Assembly: GCA_032654565.1 (NCBI GenBank)
Contig: JAULAX010000005.1
Span: forward strand, 173,942 to 237,941
Direction of reading: 5' to 3'
DNA from: Anaeromyxobacteraceae bacterium
Lineage (GTDB): Bacteria; Myxococcota; Myxococcia; Myxococcales; Anaeromyxobacteraceae
Length of the DNA: 64,000 nucleotides
The first letter of the stretch is position 1, and every line of letters starts with the position of its first letter. The notes below the pieces were generated by a model that searched no databases, was not told the DNA's origin, and saw only the letters and a list, made by a program, of their open reading frames with translations. A program made the translations under genes and the position numbers. Shown piece after piece: positions 32,484 to 42,980 of this stretch.

Positions 32484-33026
32484 ATGTGGTTCCTGCTTCT
32501 GGCGATCGGCGCGGTGGTGGTGCAGCTGGCGGGCGTCCCCGCCAGCCGCCGGCTGCCGGTGCCCCCGCCGCCCGAGGTCCTGCTGGTGGCCTGGTTCCTC
32601 TTCGCCGCCGCCGTCCGGCTGGCGGTGCTGCGGCTCCGCCTCGCCTCCTTCGAGCGCAAGGCCCGGCGGCTGGCGCGCCGCACCAAGGACGCCGCCGTCT
32701 CGCCCATCGGCGAGCTCGGCCTCGGTGTGGGGCGCGGGGCGCTGCAGGCGGTGGGCGGCGACGTGCTGGGGGCCTCGCTCTCGCTGGTGGCGGCGCTGCT
32801 GCGCGGCACCGCCGGCACGCTCCGCACCCCGCCCACCCCGCAGAAGGAGCGGCGGCGCGCCGCCCGCGGCGAGTGGCTGGCGGCGACGGCCTGCGTGGTG
32901 GGGGTGGGGCTCACCTGTGCCGGCCTGTCCTGGTGGCCGCTGGTCGGGGCCCGCGCCACCCGCGCCGCGGCGCCGGCGCTGCGCTCCATCGGCCTGGTGC
33001 CGACCCAGGCCAGCCCGGGGCGCTGA
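32484..33026 (+). CDS. Hypothetical membrane protein
   Basis: 180 aa with several hydrophobic segments; GGAGG RBS upstream. Confidence 0.55.
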   Translation: MWFLLLAIGAVVVQLAGVPASRRLPVPPPPEVLLVAWFLFAAAVRLAVLRLRLASFERKARRLARRTKDAAVSPIGELGLGVGRGALQAVGGDVLGASLSLVAALLRGTAGTLRTPPTPQKERRRAARGEWLAATACVVGVGLTCAGLSWWPLVGARATRAAAPALRSIGLVPTQASPGR

Positions 33027-33034
33027 CCCCGGGG

Positions 33035-33787
33035 CTACCCGGCCCGCGCCACGGCCCCGAGGATCCCCCGGCCGTTGGGCAGGGCGGCCTGGATGGCGGC
33101 CCGCGTCGCCTCCTTGAGCGCCGACGGGTCGTTGCCGAACTGGGCCGGGTGGAGGGGGTCGAGCACCTGCACCCTGGCCCTCATCGCGGTGCGGAAGAAG
33201 AAGCCGTGCTTGGGGATGGCGTCGCCGGTGCCGGTCACCGCCATCGGGTAGATCGGGCAGTTGGCCTCGCAGGCCAGCTTGAAGGCCCCCTCCTTGAACG
33301 GCAGCAGCTCGCCGTCCTCCGAGCGGGTCCCCTCCGGGAAGATCATCAGCGGCACGCCGCGGTCGAGGTTGGCGCGGCAGCGGGCCATCATGGTGCGCAC
33401 CGAGTCGCGGTCGCCGCGCCAGATGGGCACGTAGTCGGCCAGCCGCATGTTCCAGCCCACGAAGGGGATCCGGAACAGCACCCCCTTGGCCACCCACTTG
33501 AAGGGCGTGAAGAGGCCGTCGAGCACCAGGATGTCGAGGATGGAGAGGTGGTTGGCGACGAACACCGCCGGCCGGTTCCAGGGCAGCTTCTCCCGCCCCT
33601 CGATCTTCACCGTCCAGATGGGGTTGATCCAGACGTAGAGCATCCCCTGGAAGCAGCTGAAGAGGTGGGACCAGGTGCGCCGGCGGTCGAACGGCAACGT
33701 CACCAGGAAGATGAGGAACTGGATGGTGATCAGCGGCGGCAGCGAGACCACGAAGAAGAGCCAGTAGAAGATGGAGAAGAGGGCCAT
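33035..33787 (-). CDS. plsC: 1-acyl-sn-glycerol-3-phosphate acyltransferase (PlsC family)
   Basis: ANHLSILD (NHxSxxD), FPEGTRS, PFKEGAF. Confidence 0.9.
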   Translation of the reverse strand: MALFSIFYWLFFVVSLPPLITIQFLIFLVTLPFDRRRTWSHLFSCFQGMLYVWINPIWTVKIEGREKLPWNRPAVFVANHLSILDILVLDGLFTPFKWVAKGVLFRIPFVGWNMRLADYVPIWRGDRDSVRTMMARCRANLDRGVPLMIFPEGTRSEDGELLPFKEGAFKLACEANCPIYPMAVTGTGDAIPKHGFFFRTAMRARVQVLDPLHPAQFGNDPSALKEATRAAIQAALPNGRGILGAVARAG

Positions 33788-33803
33788 GGGGTGGGGAGTC
33801 GGT

Positions 33804-35138
33804 TCAGGGGACCGGCGGCGTGCCCGGGGGGGCGGAGGCGGCCACCGCCTCGAGGATGCGGTAGGTGCCGAACTTGGGGAGCCGCATGTAGCCGGCCCAG
33901 GCCGCCGAGGCCAGCAGGCCGTCGGAGAGCCAGTCGGAGAACCACTCGGAGGCGAAGCGGGCGTCGCGCTGCTTGAGGGCGGCGCCGCCCTCGCGCGCCC
34001 AGCGCCGGTTGTAGCGCTCGTGGACGCCCACCGGGGGGGCCGAGATCAGCGGCAGCCCCAGCGCGGCGTAGAAGGTCAGCTCCGAGGGCTTGGTCCAGAG
34101 CACGTCGGTGCGGGCCAGCAGGGCGTTGAACTGGGAGTAATACTCGGGGAAGCTGGGGGCGCGCAGCAGCTCCAGGGCGCCGCCCAGGTGCCCCTCCAGC
34201 CGGGCGCCGTGGATGGCCTCCCGGAAGCGGGCCTCCACCTCGGGGCGGACCCCGGCCACCAGGGCGATGCGGATGCGGCCGGCGTCGAGCAGGGGCCGGA
34301 AGCCGGGGAGGAAGTCGCGCGCCAGCTCCACCTGGGCCCCGGCGCCGCCCACCGCGAAGGTCAGGAGCGGCGGCCGGCCCTCCTCCTCGGCCGGCAGCGG
34401 GACGCCGAGGAAGTGGGCCAGCTCCTCCGGCATCTCGCGGCGGAACTCGCCGGAGGGGTCGAGCCGGACCAGCCGCGCCGCCAGGTTTCGCTTCAGCGCC
34501 GGCAGGGCCGGCCCCCCCAGCAGCTCGTGGGGGAGCGGGAAGCCGGTGAAGGTGATGCGCACCTCGGGGACGCCGTAGGCCAGCAGCCGCCGGGCGGCGC
34601 GCCGGGTCGGCACCAGGTACTGGATGCGGGTGGTCTCCGGCTCGGCCGGCACCCAGATCCGGTTGATGTCCGAGTCGGTCACCACGCAGAAGATCCGGTC
34701 GTGGCCGGCGCGGTCGGCGACGATGGCCGGCGAGTAGAAGGTGGTGAGCAGGGGCGCCCGGGTCTCGGCCAGCCGGGCCACCAGCCCGGCGCCGAGGTTG
34801 CGGCGGATGAGCCGCTCCAGGGTGATCACCGAGCGGGTCGGCGCCGACAGGTCGCGGTACGGGTGGAGGCGGGGGATGTCGGTGATGCCGTCGAGCAGCA
34901 GCCGCAGCGGGGCGCCGATGACCGGCACCTGGGAGAGGCGCGAGACCAGCTCGTAGGCCCGGCGCACCCGGGCCCAGAGCTTCTCCTCCCCCGGCGCCAC
35001 CACCGGCGGCTGGTCGACGTGGACCACCGTGGTCCCCAGCCCCTCGGCCAGGGGCATGGCCGCCCGCAGGTGGCCGTAGCCCATCTCCACGGCGACGACG
35101 AGGGGCAGGACGGGGGGGAGCTGGGGGGTGGTCGGCAT
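33804..35138 (-). CDS. Putative GT-B fold glycosyltransferase-like protein
   Basis: [41 protein letters not shown] resemble MGDG-synthase/UgtP-like motifs; start placed at ATG 35138. Confidence 0.6.
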   Translation of the reverse strand: MPTTPQLPPVLPLVVAVEMGYGHLRAAMPLAEGLGTTVVHVDQPPVVAPGEEKLWARVRRAYELVSRLSQVPVIGAPLRLLLDGITDIPRLHPYRDLSAPTRSVITLERLIRRNLGAGLVARLAETRAPLLTTFYSPAIVADRAGHDRIFCVVTDSDINRIWVPAEPETTRIQYLVPTRRAARRLLAYGVPEVRITFTGFPLPHELLGGPALPALKRNLAARLVRLDPSGEFRREMPEELAHFLGVPLPAEEEGRPPLLTFAVGGAGAQVELARDFLPGFRPLLDAGRIRIALVAGVRPEVEARFREAIHGARLEGHLGGALELLRAPSFPEYYSQFNALLARTDVLWTKPSELTFYAALGLPLISAPPVGVHERYNRRWAREGGAALKQRDARFASEWFSDWLSDGLLASAAWAGYMRLPKFGTYRILEAVAASAPPGTPPVP

Positions 35139-35410
35139 GGCGGCGAGGGGCACAAAGGTACCAGAGGTCGAGGAGATGGGTCGAATCGGCGGCTGGCGGC
35201 GCGGTGCGGCGAGCGGGGTCGAGCCGCGGCGCGTCACCTGGGGGTCTCACCCGGCGATGTCACGCAGCGGCGAGGCGCCGCCGTCCCGGCCCGCCACGAT
35301 CTGGCTTCCGATCGTGGTTTTTTTCGGCTAATGATTTTTCCCGTCCAGCCTGCGGACGCTGGATCGACTGTCATCTCGGCGGCTCGAATCGAAGAAAGCG
35401 ACTCAACAGC

Positions 35411-35614
35411 ATGGCGACCGGTACCGTGAAGTGGTTCAACGATGCGAAGGGCTTCGGCTTCATCACCCAGGACAACGGCGGTGAAGACGTCTTCTGTCAC
35501 TACAGCGCCATCAACGCGGACGGCTTCAAGAGCCTGTCCGAGGGGCAGAAGGTCGAGTTCGACGTGGTCAAGGGGCCCAAGGGGCTCCAGGCCGCGAACG
35601 TTCGCAAGGCCTGA
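35411..35614 (+). CDS. cspA: Cold-shock protein
   Basis: [21 protein letters not shown]...DVFCHYSAI...[13 protein letters not shown]; 67 aa. Confidence 0.96.
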   Translation: MATGTVKWFNDAKGFGFITQDNGGEDVFCHYSAINADGFKSLSEGQKVEFDVVKGPKGLQAANVRKA

Positions 35615-35640
35615 GTTCTCCCCCGCGCAACCGCAGTGAC

Positions 35641-35675
35641 CGGCCCGGCCCCTCGCCCCCAGGGGGGCCGGGCCG
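35641..35675. terminator. Hairpin between convergent csp and FKBP genes
   Basis: CGGCCCGGCCCC...GGGGCCGGGCCG 12-bp inverted repeat followed by TTC. Confidence 0.6.
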
Positions 35676-35734
35676 TTCACGTTCCAGGGCGGTGCGCCGC
35701 GGCGCCGCCGGGCGCTACGAGCCGACGCCAGGCG

Positions 35735-36061
35735 CTACGCGCCGACGCCGAGCAGCTCCACCTCGAAGACCAGCGTCGCCTGGGAGGGGATGACGCCGGG
35801 GAAGCCGCGCATCCCGTAGCCGAGCTCGGGCGGGATGGTGAGCTTGCGCTTCCCGCCCACCTTCATGCCGGCCACGCCCTGGTCCCAGCCCTTGATCACC
35901 TCGCCGGCCCCCAGCCTGAAGGCGAAGGGGGCCCCGCCGCGCGAGGAGTCGAACTGCTTCCCGTCGAGCAGCCGGCCGGTGTAGTGGACCTCGACCCGCG
36001 CCCCGGCCCTGGCCTCGGCGCCGGTGCCCAGCTGCTGCTCCTCGATCTCGACCGTGCCCAT
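35735..36061 (-). CDS. FKBP-type peptidyl-prolyl isomerase
   Basis: [51 protein letters not shown]. Confidence 0.95.
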   Translation of the reverse strand: MGTVEIEEQQLGTGAEARAGARVEVHYTGRLLDGKQFDSSRGGAPFAFRLGAGEVIKGWDQGVAGMKVGGKRKLTIPPELGYGMRGFPGVIPSQATLVFEVELLGVGA

Positions 36062-36073
36062 GTCGACCTCCAG

Positions 36074-37636
<1,563 letters not shown>

Positions 37637-37705
37637 GGTGGCGGCCTCCGCTGTCCTGATAGCACGGACGGGGGCGCCGGCGAGGCGCTCCCGCACCACC
37701 GGGCA

Positions 37706-40700
37706 CTAGAGGCGGTAGCCGCTCCGCGTGAACCAGCTGGCCCAGGCGCGCGCCGACTGCTCCCGCTCCGCGGCGGCCTGGTCGGGCGAGTAGGTGACCG
37801 GCGGCGGCGCGATCCGCGCCAGCTCGGCGGCGGCGGCGGCCCGCACCTCGCGGTCCTCGGCGGTCAGGCCACCGAAGAGCCACTCGGCCCGGCCCCGGCC
37901 GCGGTTCTCCTTCCACCAGAGCAGCCAGTGGCGCGCCGCGGTGCCGTGGCGCTGCAGGGTGATGGCGGCGAGGGCCTCGGCGGCGGCCGCGGCGGTGGCG
38001 GGATCGCCCCCTTCCAGCGCCTGGATCAGGCTGGGGATCGACTCGGCGTCGCGCAGCGCCGACAGCGCCCGGGCGGCGGGGGCGGCGCGGGTCGAGAGGC
38101 CGGAGGCCAGCGCCCGGCGCAGCCGCTCCGGGATGGGGCGCATGGCCGGCGAGCCGCGGTGGGCCGCCAGCGCCTCCCGGGCCGCCTCGGCCACCGCCGG
38201 GGCCGGATCGAGGCAGCGGTCGGCCAGCGCCGAGAGCGAGGCCGGATCGCCGATGGCGCCGAGCAGCGCGGCGGCGGCGCGGCGTCGGCCGGAGGCGACG
38301 TCGGTGAGGACGGCCAGCAGCGGCGCCACCGCCGCCTGGCCGATGGCGGCCAGGGCGGCCAGGACCGGCCCCTGGTCGGCGGCCGGGGTGGTGCGGAGCG
38401 CCTCGGGCGCCACGTCGAGAGGGCCCGGCAACAGGTCGCAGAGGATGGGGATCACCGCCGGCTCGGCCAGCAGGCGGGCCAGGGCCTCGGCGCGGGCCGG
38501 GGTGGCGGGGGCGGTGGTGAGGTAGGAGCCGACCAGCCAGGCCGGCTCGTCGGGCGGCGGCTCCGGCGCGGCCTCGGCGGCCGGCGCGGCCAGTTCGTCG
38601 GGTTCGGGCCCGGGCTCGGCGGCCGGCTCCGGCGGCGGCGCCGGGTCGGGGTCGAGCGGCGGCGGCTCGGGCAGCGACTCCGGCTCCGGCAGCGCGATCT
38701 CCGAGGTCGTCTCGGTCGCCGCGGACGCCTCCCGCTCCACCAGCGTGGTGGGCAGCGGCTCCTCGAATGGAGGCGGCTCGGCCACCGCCGCGGGCTCAGG
38801 CTCGGTCTCGGTCTCGGTCTTGGTCTCGGTCTCGGGCTCGGTCTCGGGCTCGGGCGCAGGCTCAGGCTCGGGATCGGCGGGCGGTGCGGCCGGCGGCTCG
38901 GCGTAGGCCTCGGCGATCTCCGGGGGGAGCTCCTCCGGTGGCGGCGGCTCGGGGGGCAGCGGCTCCGGCTCGGGACCGGTCGCCAGGGGCGCCTCCGGCT
39001 CCGGCTCCGCCGGCAGCGGCGGGGGGCTCGGGGCGGTGAAGATCTCGTCCAGGTCGAGGCGGCCTCCGGCGGCCAGGTACTCGGCCTCGGCCGCGCTCAC
39101 CGGCTCCACCACGATGCTCGGCCCGCGCCACGCCGGCTCGGGCGTGGAGAAGAAGCTGGGCGGGGAGGCGAGGACGACCGCCGGCGCGCGCTCGGCGGGT
39201 TCCGGGACCGGGACCGGGACCGGCGCGGGCTCGGGTGCCGGCTCCGGCCGGGAGAGAGGCGAGGGTTCAGGCTCGGGCGCGGGCTCCGATTCCGGCATCG
39301 GCACCGGCATCGGCTCCGGCTCCGGCGCTCGCTCGGGTTCGGGGACGAATGCGGATACGGGCCCTGGCTCGGGCCGCGGCCCCGCCGTCGCCTCCGGCGG
39401 TTGCGCCGCGGCCGGCTCCACCTGCGGCGGCGGCTCGGCCAGCGACGGCTCCTCGACGGGGGGCGGCCGCTCCCCCTTGCGCGACACGATGATCCGCTCG
39501 AAGGCGGCGCCGATGGTGGAGCAGAAGAGCAGCAGGTCGCCGAGCCGCCGCGCCGACACCGTGGCCGGGCCGTTGTCGGCGTAGAGCAGGCAGACCGGGC
39601 GATGGCGCAGCAGGATCGGCGTCACCAGCACGGTGCGCGGCGCGCCGCGCCCCAGGGCGTCGAGCACCGCCTGGTTGGCCGGCACCTCCCGGTCGACACG
39701 CCCCAGGTACGGCGCGGTGGTCTCGATGGCGGTGCGGAAGATGCCGGGGTCGCTGGCGTAGAGCGCCACGGTGCGGGCCAGGTCCCGGGCGTCGCCCTCG
39801 GGGCCGAGGCCGTCGTGGCCGGCCACCGCGTCGCGGGTCACGGCGAAGAGGGTGGCGAACTCGAAGAAGTCGCGGGCGTAGCGCAGCGTGGTGACCACCA
39901 CCTCGTCGCGGGTCCGGGCCTCGGCCAGCGCGGCGCGGGCCTGGGCCAGCGTCCAGCGCGGCGGCGCCGAGCGGTCGAGCGCGGCCGGCGCCTCATCGTC
40001 GATGCCCTCGAGCGCCTCGGAGAGCGCCGCCGAGAGCGGCTCGAGCGGCTCACCCTGCTCGCGGCCGAAGCCGGCGAAGCCGGGCGGAGGGCGGGTCGGC
40101 TCGGGCGCGCCGAAGGAGGTCTCCGCCTCGTGCACCGCTGGCATGGGGGAGCCGAGGTAGATCCCGGTGGCCGGCGACGGCGTGGCGGGCCCGCCGGAGC
40201 CGTCGCCCCCGGCCGGCACCGGCGGCGCGATCGGGGCCGGGGCCGCCACCACGCCCGGGCTGGTGCCTCGGGCGGCCGCCTGGTCGGCCAGCCGGGCCAG
40301 CCGCGGCGGGAGCGCCCCGCCGTAGAGCCGCTGGATGAGCGAGCGGACCCGCCACTCCGGGCCGACGTGCGGCGCCAGGTGGAGGGAGAGCATGAAGCTC
40401 ACCTCGTCGAGCAGGGCGAGGTCGACCGGGCAGGTGGCCACCAGCGACAGCTCGCGGCCGTCGAGCGCGAAGGGGGCGAGGCCGTGGCGCTCGGCCACCT
40501 TGGACGGGAAGACCCGGCGGGCCCGGGCGTCCACCTGCTCGTAGGCGGAGAGCGGCGCCGCCGGCAGGTCGGAGGCGCGGGCCAGGGCCGCCACCAGCTG
40601 GTGCTCGGCCACCAGCCCCAGCTCCAGCAGCGCGGTGTCGAGGCTGCCGCCGGCCTCCTTCTGCCGCGCCAGGGCGCGCTGCAACCCCTCGGGGGAGACC

Positions 40701-40741
40701 ATCCCCTCCTCGAGAAGGAGCTGTGAGAGCTCGCGCGCCAA
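37706..40741 (-). CDS. FrgA-like protein: GspE/PilB N-terminal (MshEN-like) domain, GAF-like region, Pro/Glu-rich linker, HEAT repeats
   Basis: TTG start at 40741 after GAGGGG; LSQLLLEEGMVSPEGLQRALARQ...LDTALLELGLV; long PEPEP tract; HEAT-like C-terminus. Confidence 0.7.
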   Translation of the reverse strand: MARELSQLLLEEGMVSPEGLQRALARQKEAGGSLDTALLELGLVAEHQLVAALARASDLPAAPLSAYEQVDARARRVFPSKVAERHGLAPFALDGRELSLVATCPVDLALLDEVSFMLSLHLAPHVGPEWRVRSLIQRLYGGALPPRLARLADQAAARGTSPGVVAAPAPIAPPVPAGGDGSGGPATPSPATGIYLGSPMPAVHEAETSFGAPEPTRPPPGFAGFGREQGEPLEPLSAALSEALEGIDDEAPAALDRSAPPRWTLAQARAALAEARTRDEVVVTTLRYARDFFEFATLFAVTRDAVAGHDGLGPEGDARDLARTVALYASDPGIFRTAIETTAPYLGRVDREVPANQAVLDALGRGAPRTVLVTPILLRHRPVCLLYADNGPATVSARRLGDLLLFCSTIGAAFERIIVSRKGERPPPVEEPSLAEPPPQVEPAAAQPPEATAGPRPEPGPVSAFVPEPERAPEPEPMPVPMPESEPAPEPEPSPLSRPEPAPEPAPVPVPVPEPAERAPAVVLASPPSFFSTPEPAWRGPSIVVEPVSAAEAEYLAAGGRLDLDEIFTAPSPPPLPAEPEPEAPLATGPEPEPLPPEPPPPEELPPEIAEAYAEPPAAPPADPEPEPAPEPETEPETETKTETETEPEPAAVAEPPPFEEPLPTTLVEREASAATETTSEIALPEPESLPEPPPLDPDPAPPPEPAAEPGPEPDELAAPAAEAAPEPPPDEPAWLVGSYLTTAPATPARAEALARLLAEPAVIPILCDLLPGPLDVAPEALRTTPAADQGPVLAALAAIGQAAVAPLLAVLTDVASGRRRAAAALLGAIGDPASLSALADRCLDPAPAVAEAAREALAAHRGSPAMRPIPERLRRALASGLSTRAAPAARALSALRDAESIPSLIQALEGGDPATAAAAAEALAAITLQRHGTAARHWLLWWKENRGRGRAEWLFGGLTAEDREVRAAAAAELARIAPPPVTYSPDQAAAEREQSARAWASWFTRSGYRL

Positions 40742-40761
40742 TGGTGATCCCCCTCGCGGTT

Positions 40762-41196
40762 CTAGGCCCCGGCGGTCGGGCCGGTCAAGGCGTCGACCAC
40801 GGCCGTGCCGGCCGCCAGGTCGTGCAGGCCACGGCCGGTCCGGGTGAAGAGCGCCAGCAGCGGGCCGACGCCCAGCAGCGTCACCCCCAGCACCGAGACC
40901 GCGGCGCGCCGGGCGCTCCGCCCCAGGCCGGGCCGGGCCCCGTCGGGGCCGACCACCCGCACCCCCCGCGACCGCTGGCCGAAGGTGGCGCCCAGCAACC
41001 AGTGGCAGAGCAGCTGGTAGACGAAGCCGGCCAGCGCCACCGCGGTCAGCGCCGGGAGCAGCAGCCCCGGCTCGAACCCCAGCCAGGTGGCCAGGCCGGC
41101 GGCGACCAGCGCGAAGGGCAGGCCGTCGAGGACCCAGGCGGCGGCGCGGCGGCCCGACGGGGCGCGGCGCAGCTCGATGACGGGACCCTCGACCAT
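40762..41196 (-). CDS. RDD family membrane protein
   Basis: RRAAAWVLD...GATFGQR..GVRVV...GLHDLAAGTAVV. Confidence 0.85.
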   Translation of the reverse strand: MVEGPVIELRRAPSGRRAAAWVLDGLPFALVAAGLATWLGFEPGLLLPALTAVALAGFVYQLLCHWLLGATFGQRSRGVRVVGPDGARPGLGRSARRAAVSVLGVTLLGVGPLLALFTRTGRGLHDLAAGTAVVDALTGPTAGA

Positions 41197-41205
41197 GCCG
41201 CCACG

Positions 41206-41973
41206 CTACTCCGTGCCGGGCTCGGGGCAAGGATCCGGGCGGGTCGGGAGGCCCAGGTCGCCGGCCACCGCCTGCAGCACCGCCAGGCCGGCGATGGCGG
41301 CGGTCTCGGCCCGCAGCGTGCGCGGGCCGAGCGACCCGCGGACCGCGCCGGCCGCCTGGCAGGCCGCAAGTTCACCTTCCGTCAAGCCGCCCTCCGGCCC
41401 CACCACCAGCGCCACCCCGGGCGCCCCCTCCAGCCCGAGCGCGGCCAGCGGGGCGCCGCCCGCCCCGTGCAGCACCAGCAGGCGGTGGCCCGCGGGCAGG
41501 CCGGCCAGCGCGCCGGGCAGGTCGGTGGGGTCCTCCACCACCGGCACCTCGGCCCGGCCGCACTGGCGCGCCGCCTCCTCGGCGATGCGCCGCCAGCGCT
41601 CGGCCCGCTCCCGCCCCTTTCCGGCGTCGAGCTTCAGCACCGACCGCTCCGCGGCCCAGGGGACCAGCCGGGCCACCCCCAGCTCGGTGGCCTTCTGCAC
41701 CACCAGCTCCGCCTTCTCCCCCTTGGCGAGGGCGAAGAGCAGCGAGATCTCCGGCCCGCCGGCGGACCTCTCCCGCCTGGCCCCCACCGCCAGCGCCGCG
41801 AAGCCCGGCTCGATGGTCGCCGCCCAGGCCCCGCCCCGCCCGTCGAAGAGCTCCACCTCCGCCCCCGGGGAGAGGCGCAGCACGTCGCGCAGGTAGTGGC
41901 GGGCCTCGTCGGTCAGCTCGGCGCGGCCGGGCCCGATCCGCTCCGGCGGCAGGTGGACCCGCCGGGTGATCAC
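41206..41973 (-). CDS. rsmE: 16S rRNA m3U1498 methyltransferase RsmE
   Basis: GTG at 41973; HYLRDVLRL, QKATELGV, EAARQCGR, VGPEGGL, LGPRTLRAETAA. Confidence 0.93.
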   Translation of the reverse strand: MITRRVHLPPERIGPGRAELTDEARHYLRDVLRLSPGAEVELFDGRGGAWAATIEPGFAALAVGARRERSAGGPEISLLFALAKGEKAELVVQKATELGVARLVPWAAERSVLKLDAGKGRERAERWRRIAEEAARQCGRAEVPVVEDPTDLPGALAGLPAGHRLLVLHGAGGAPLAALGLEGAPGVALVVGPEGGLTEGELAACQAAGAVRGSLGPRTLRAETAAIAGLAVLQAVAGDLGLPTRPDPCPEPGTE

Positions 41974-42839
41974 GCGGGGTGCCCCGGCGTCGGCCGCTCC
42001 ATGGCCAGCAGCGACCACTCGCCGTCGCGGCGATCGCCACCCGGCAGCGGGCGCAGGCCGGCGGCGGCGTAGGCGCCCCGCACCTCCTCCTCCTGCGGCG
42101 TGAGGATGCCGGAGAGCAGCACCACGCCCCCGGGGGCCAGCTGGGCGGCGATGGCCGGCGCCAGCTCGCAGAGGGTGTTGGCGAGGATGTTGGCGAGGAT
42201 CAGGTCGAAGGGCCCGGGCTGGTCGGGCACGTCGCGCAGGTCGAAGCGGACCTCCACCCGGTTGAGCGCGGCGTTCTCCAGCGCCACCCGGACCGCGATG
42301 GGGTCGTTGTCGTTCCCGATCACCACCAGCGCCCCCAGCTTGCGGGCGGCGATGGCCAGCAGCCCCGAGCCGGTGCCGACGTCGAGGACCCGGGCCCGCG
42401 GCGAGGCCGCCAGCCGCTCCGACATGGCGGCCAGGCAGAGCGAGGTGGTGGGGTGGGTGCCGGTGCCGAAGGCCATGCCCGGGTCGAGCGTCACCTCCAC
42501 CAGGCCCGGGGGCGTGGCGGCGGGGATCCAGCTCGGCCGCACGAAGACCCGGCCGATGGTGAGCGGCGCCAGCCCCTCCTTCCAGCGCTCGCCCCAGTCC
42601 TGGTCGAGCAGCTCCTCGAGCCGGCCGCCGTGCTCCCCGGCCGCCGCCGCGGCGTCGCCGCGCCCGGCGAAGTAGGCGACCACCAGCGCCCGCCCGGCCG
42701 CCGGCTGGACCACGCCGGGCATGGGGATCCCGTCGCCGTCGCGCACCTCGACGCCGCCGGCCCCGGCCTCCATGAGGGCCACCGAGAGGTCCTCGGCCTC
42801 CCCCCGCTCCACGTCGACGGTCACCGACCAGCTCGCCAC
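41970..42839 (-). CDS. prmA: Ribosomal protein L11 methyltransferase PrmA
   Basis: GTG at 42839 after GGAGG; DQDW...W, LDPGMAFGTGTHPTT, VLDVGTGSGLL, ANILA, LSGIL. Confidence 0.93.
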   Translation of the reverse strand: MASWSVTVDVERGEAEDLSVALMEAGAGGVEVRDGDGIPMPGVVQPAAGRALVVAYFAGRGDAAAAAGEHGGRLEELLDQDWGERWKEGLAPLTIGRVFVRPSWIPAATPPGLVEVTLDPGMAFGTGTHPTTSLCLAAMSERLAASPRARVLDVGTGSGLLAIAARKLGALVVIGNDNDPIAVRVALENAALNRVEVRFDLRDVPDQPGPFDLILANILANTLCELAPAIAAQLAPGGVVLLSGILTPQEEEVRGAYAAAGLRPLPGGDRRDGEWSLLAMERPTPGHPA

Positions 42840-42980
42840 CTGTGCCTCCTCCCGACGGGTCCACGGCCTGCCTACCCCGTCCCGCCCCGCTGATCCAGCG
42901 CGTCGGCCCCCGGGGTGCGCCGATATCGCACGGTGCGAAGACTGAACCGGCACGCGGTTTGGCGCTAGCATGGTCGCCTC

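Noticed and set aside
28811..33976. Very long alternative-frame ORFs (1721 aa here; likewise 9855..13286, 10718..14257 5' part, 36935..40726, 47542..51744, 47616..51554, 59284..63006)
   Set aside because: Arg/Pro/Gly/Ala-rich shadow ORFs overlapping genes with clear family motifs; expected at this GC content because stop codons are rare.
42945..42966. Sigma54 promoter upstream of the AglZ-like gene (CGGCACGCGGTTTGGC)
   Set aside because: The GG-N10-GC spacing is not met (GG-N10-GG).
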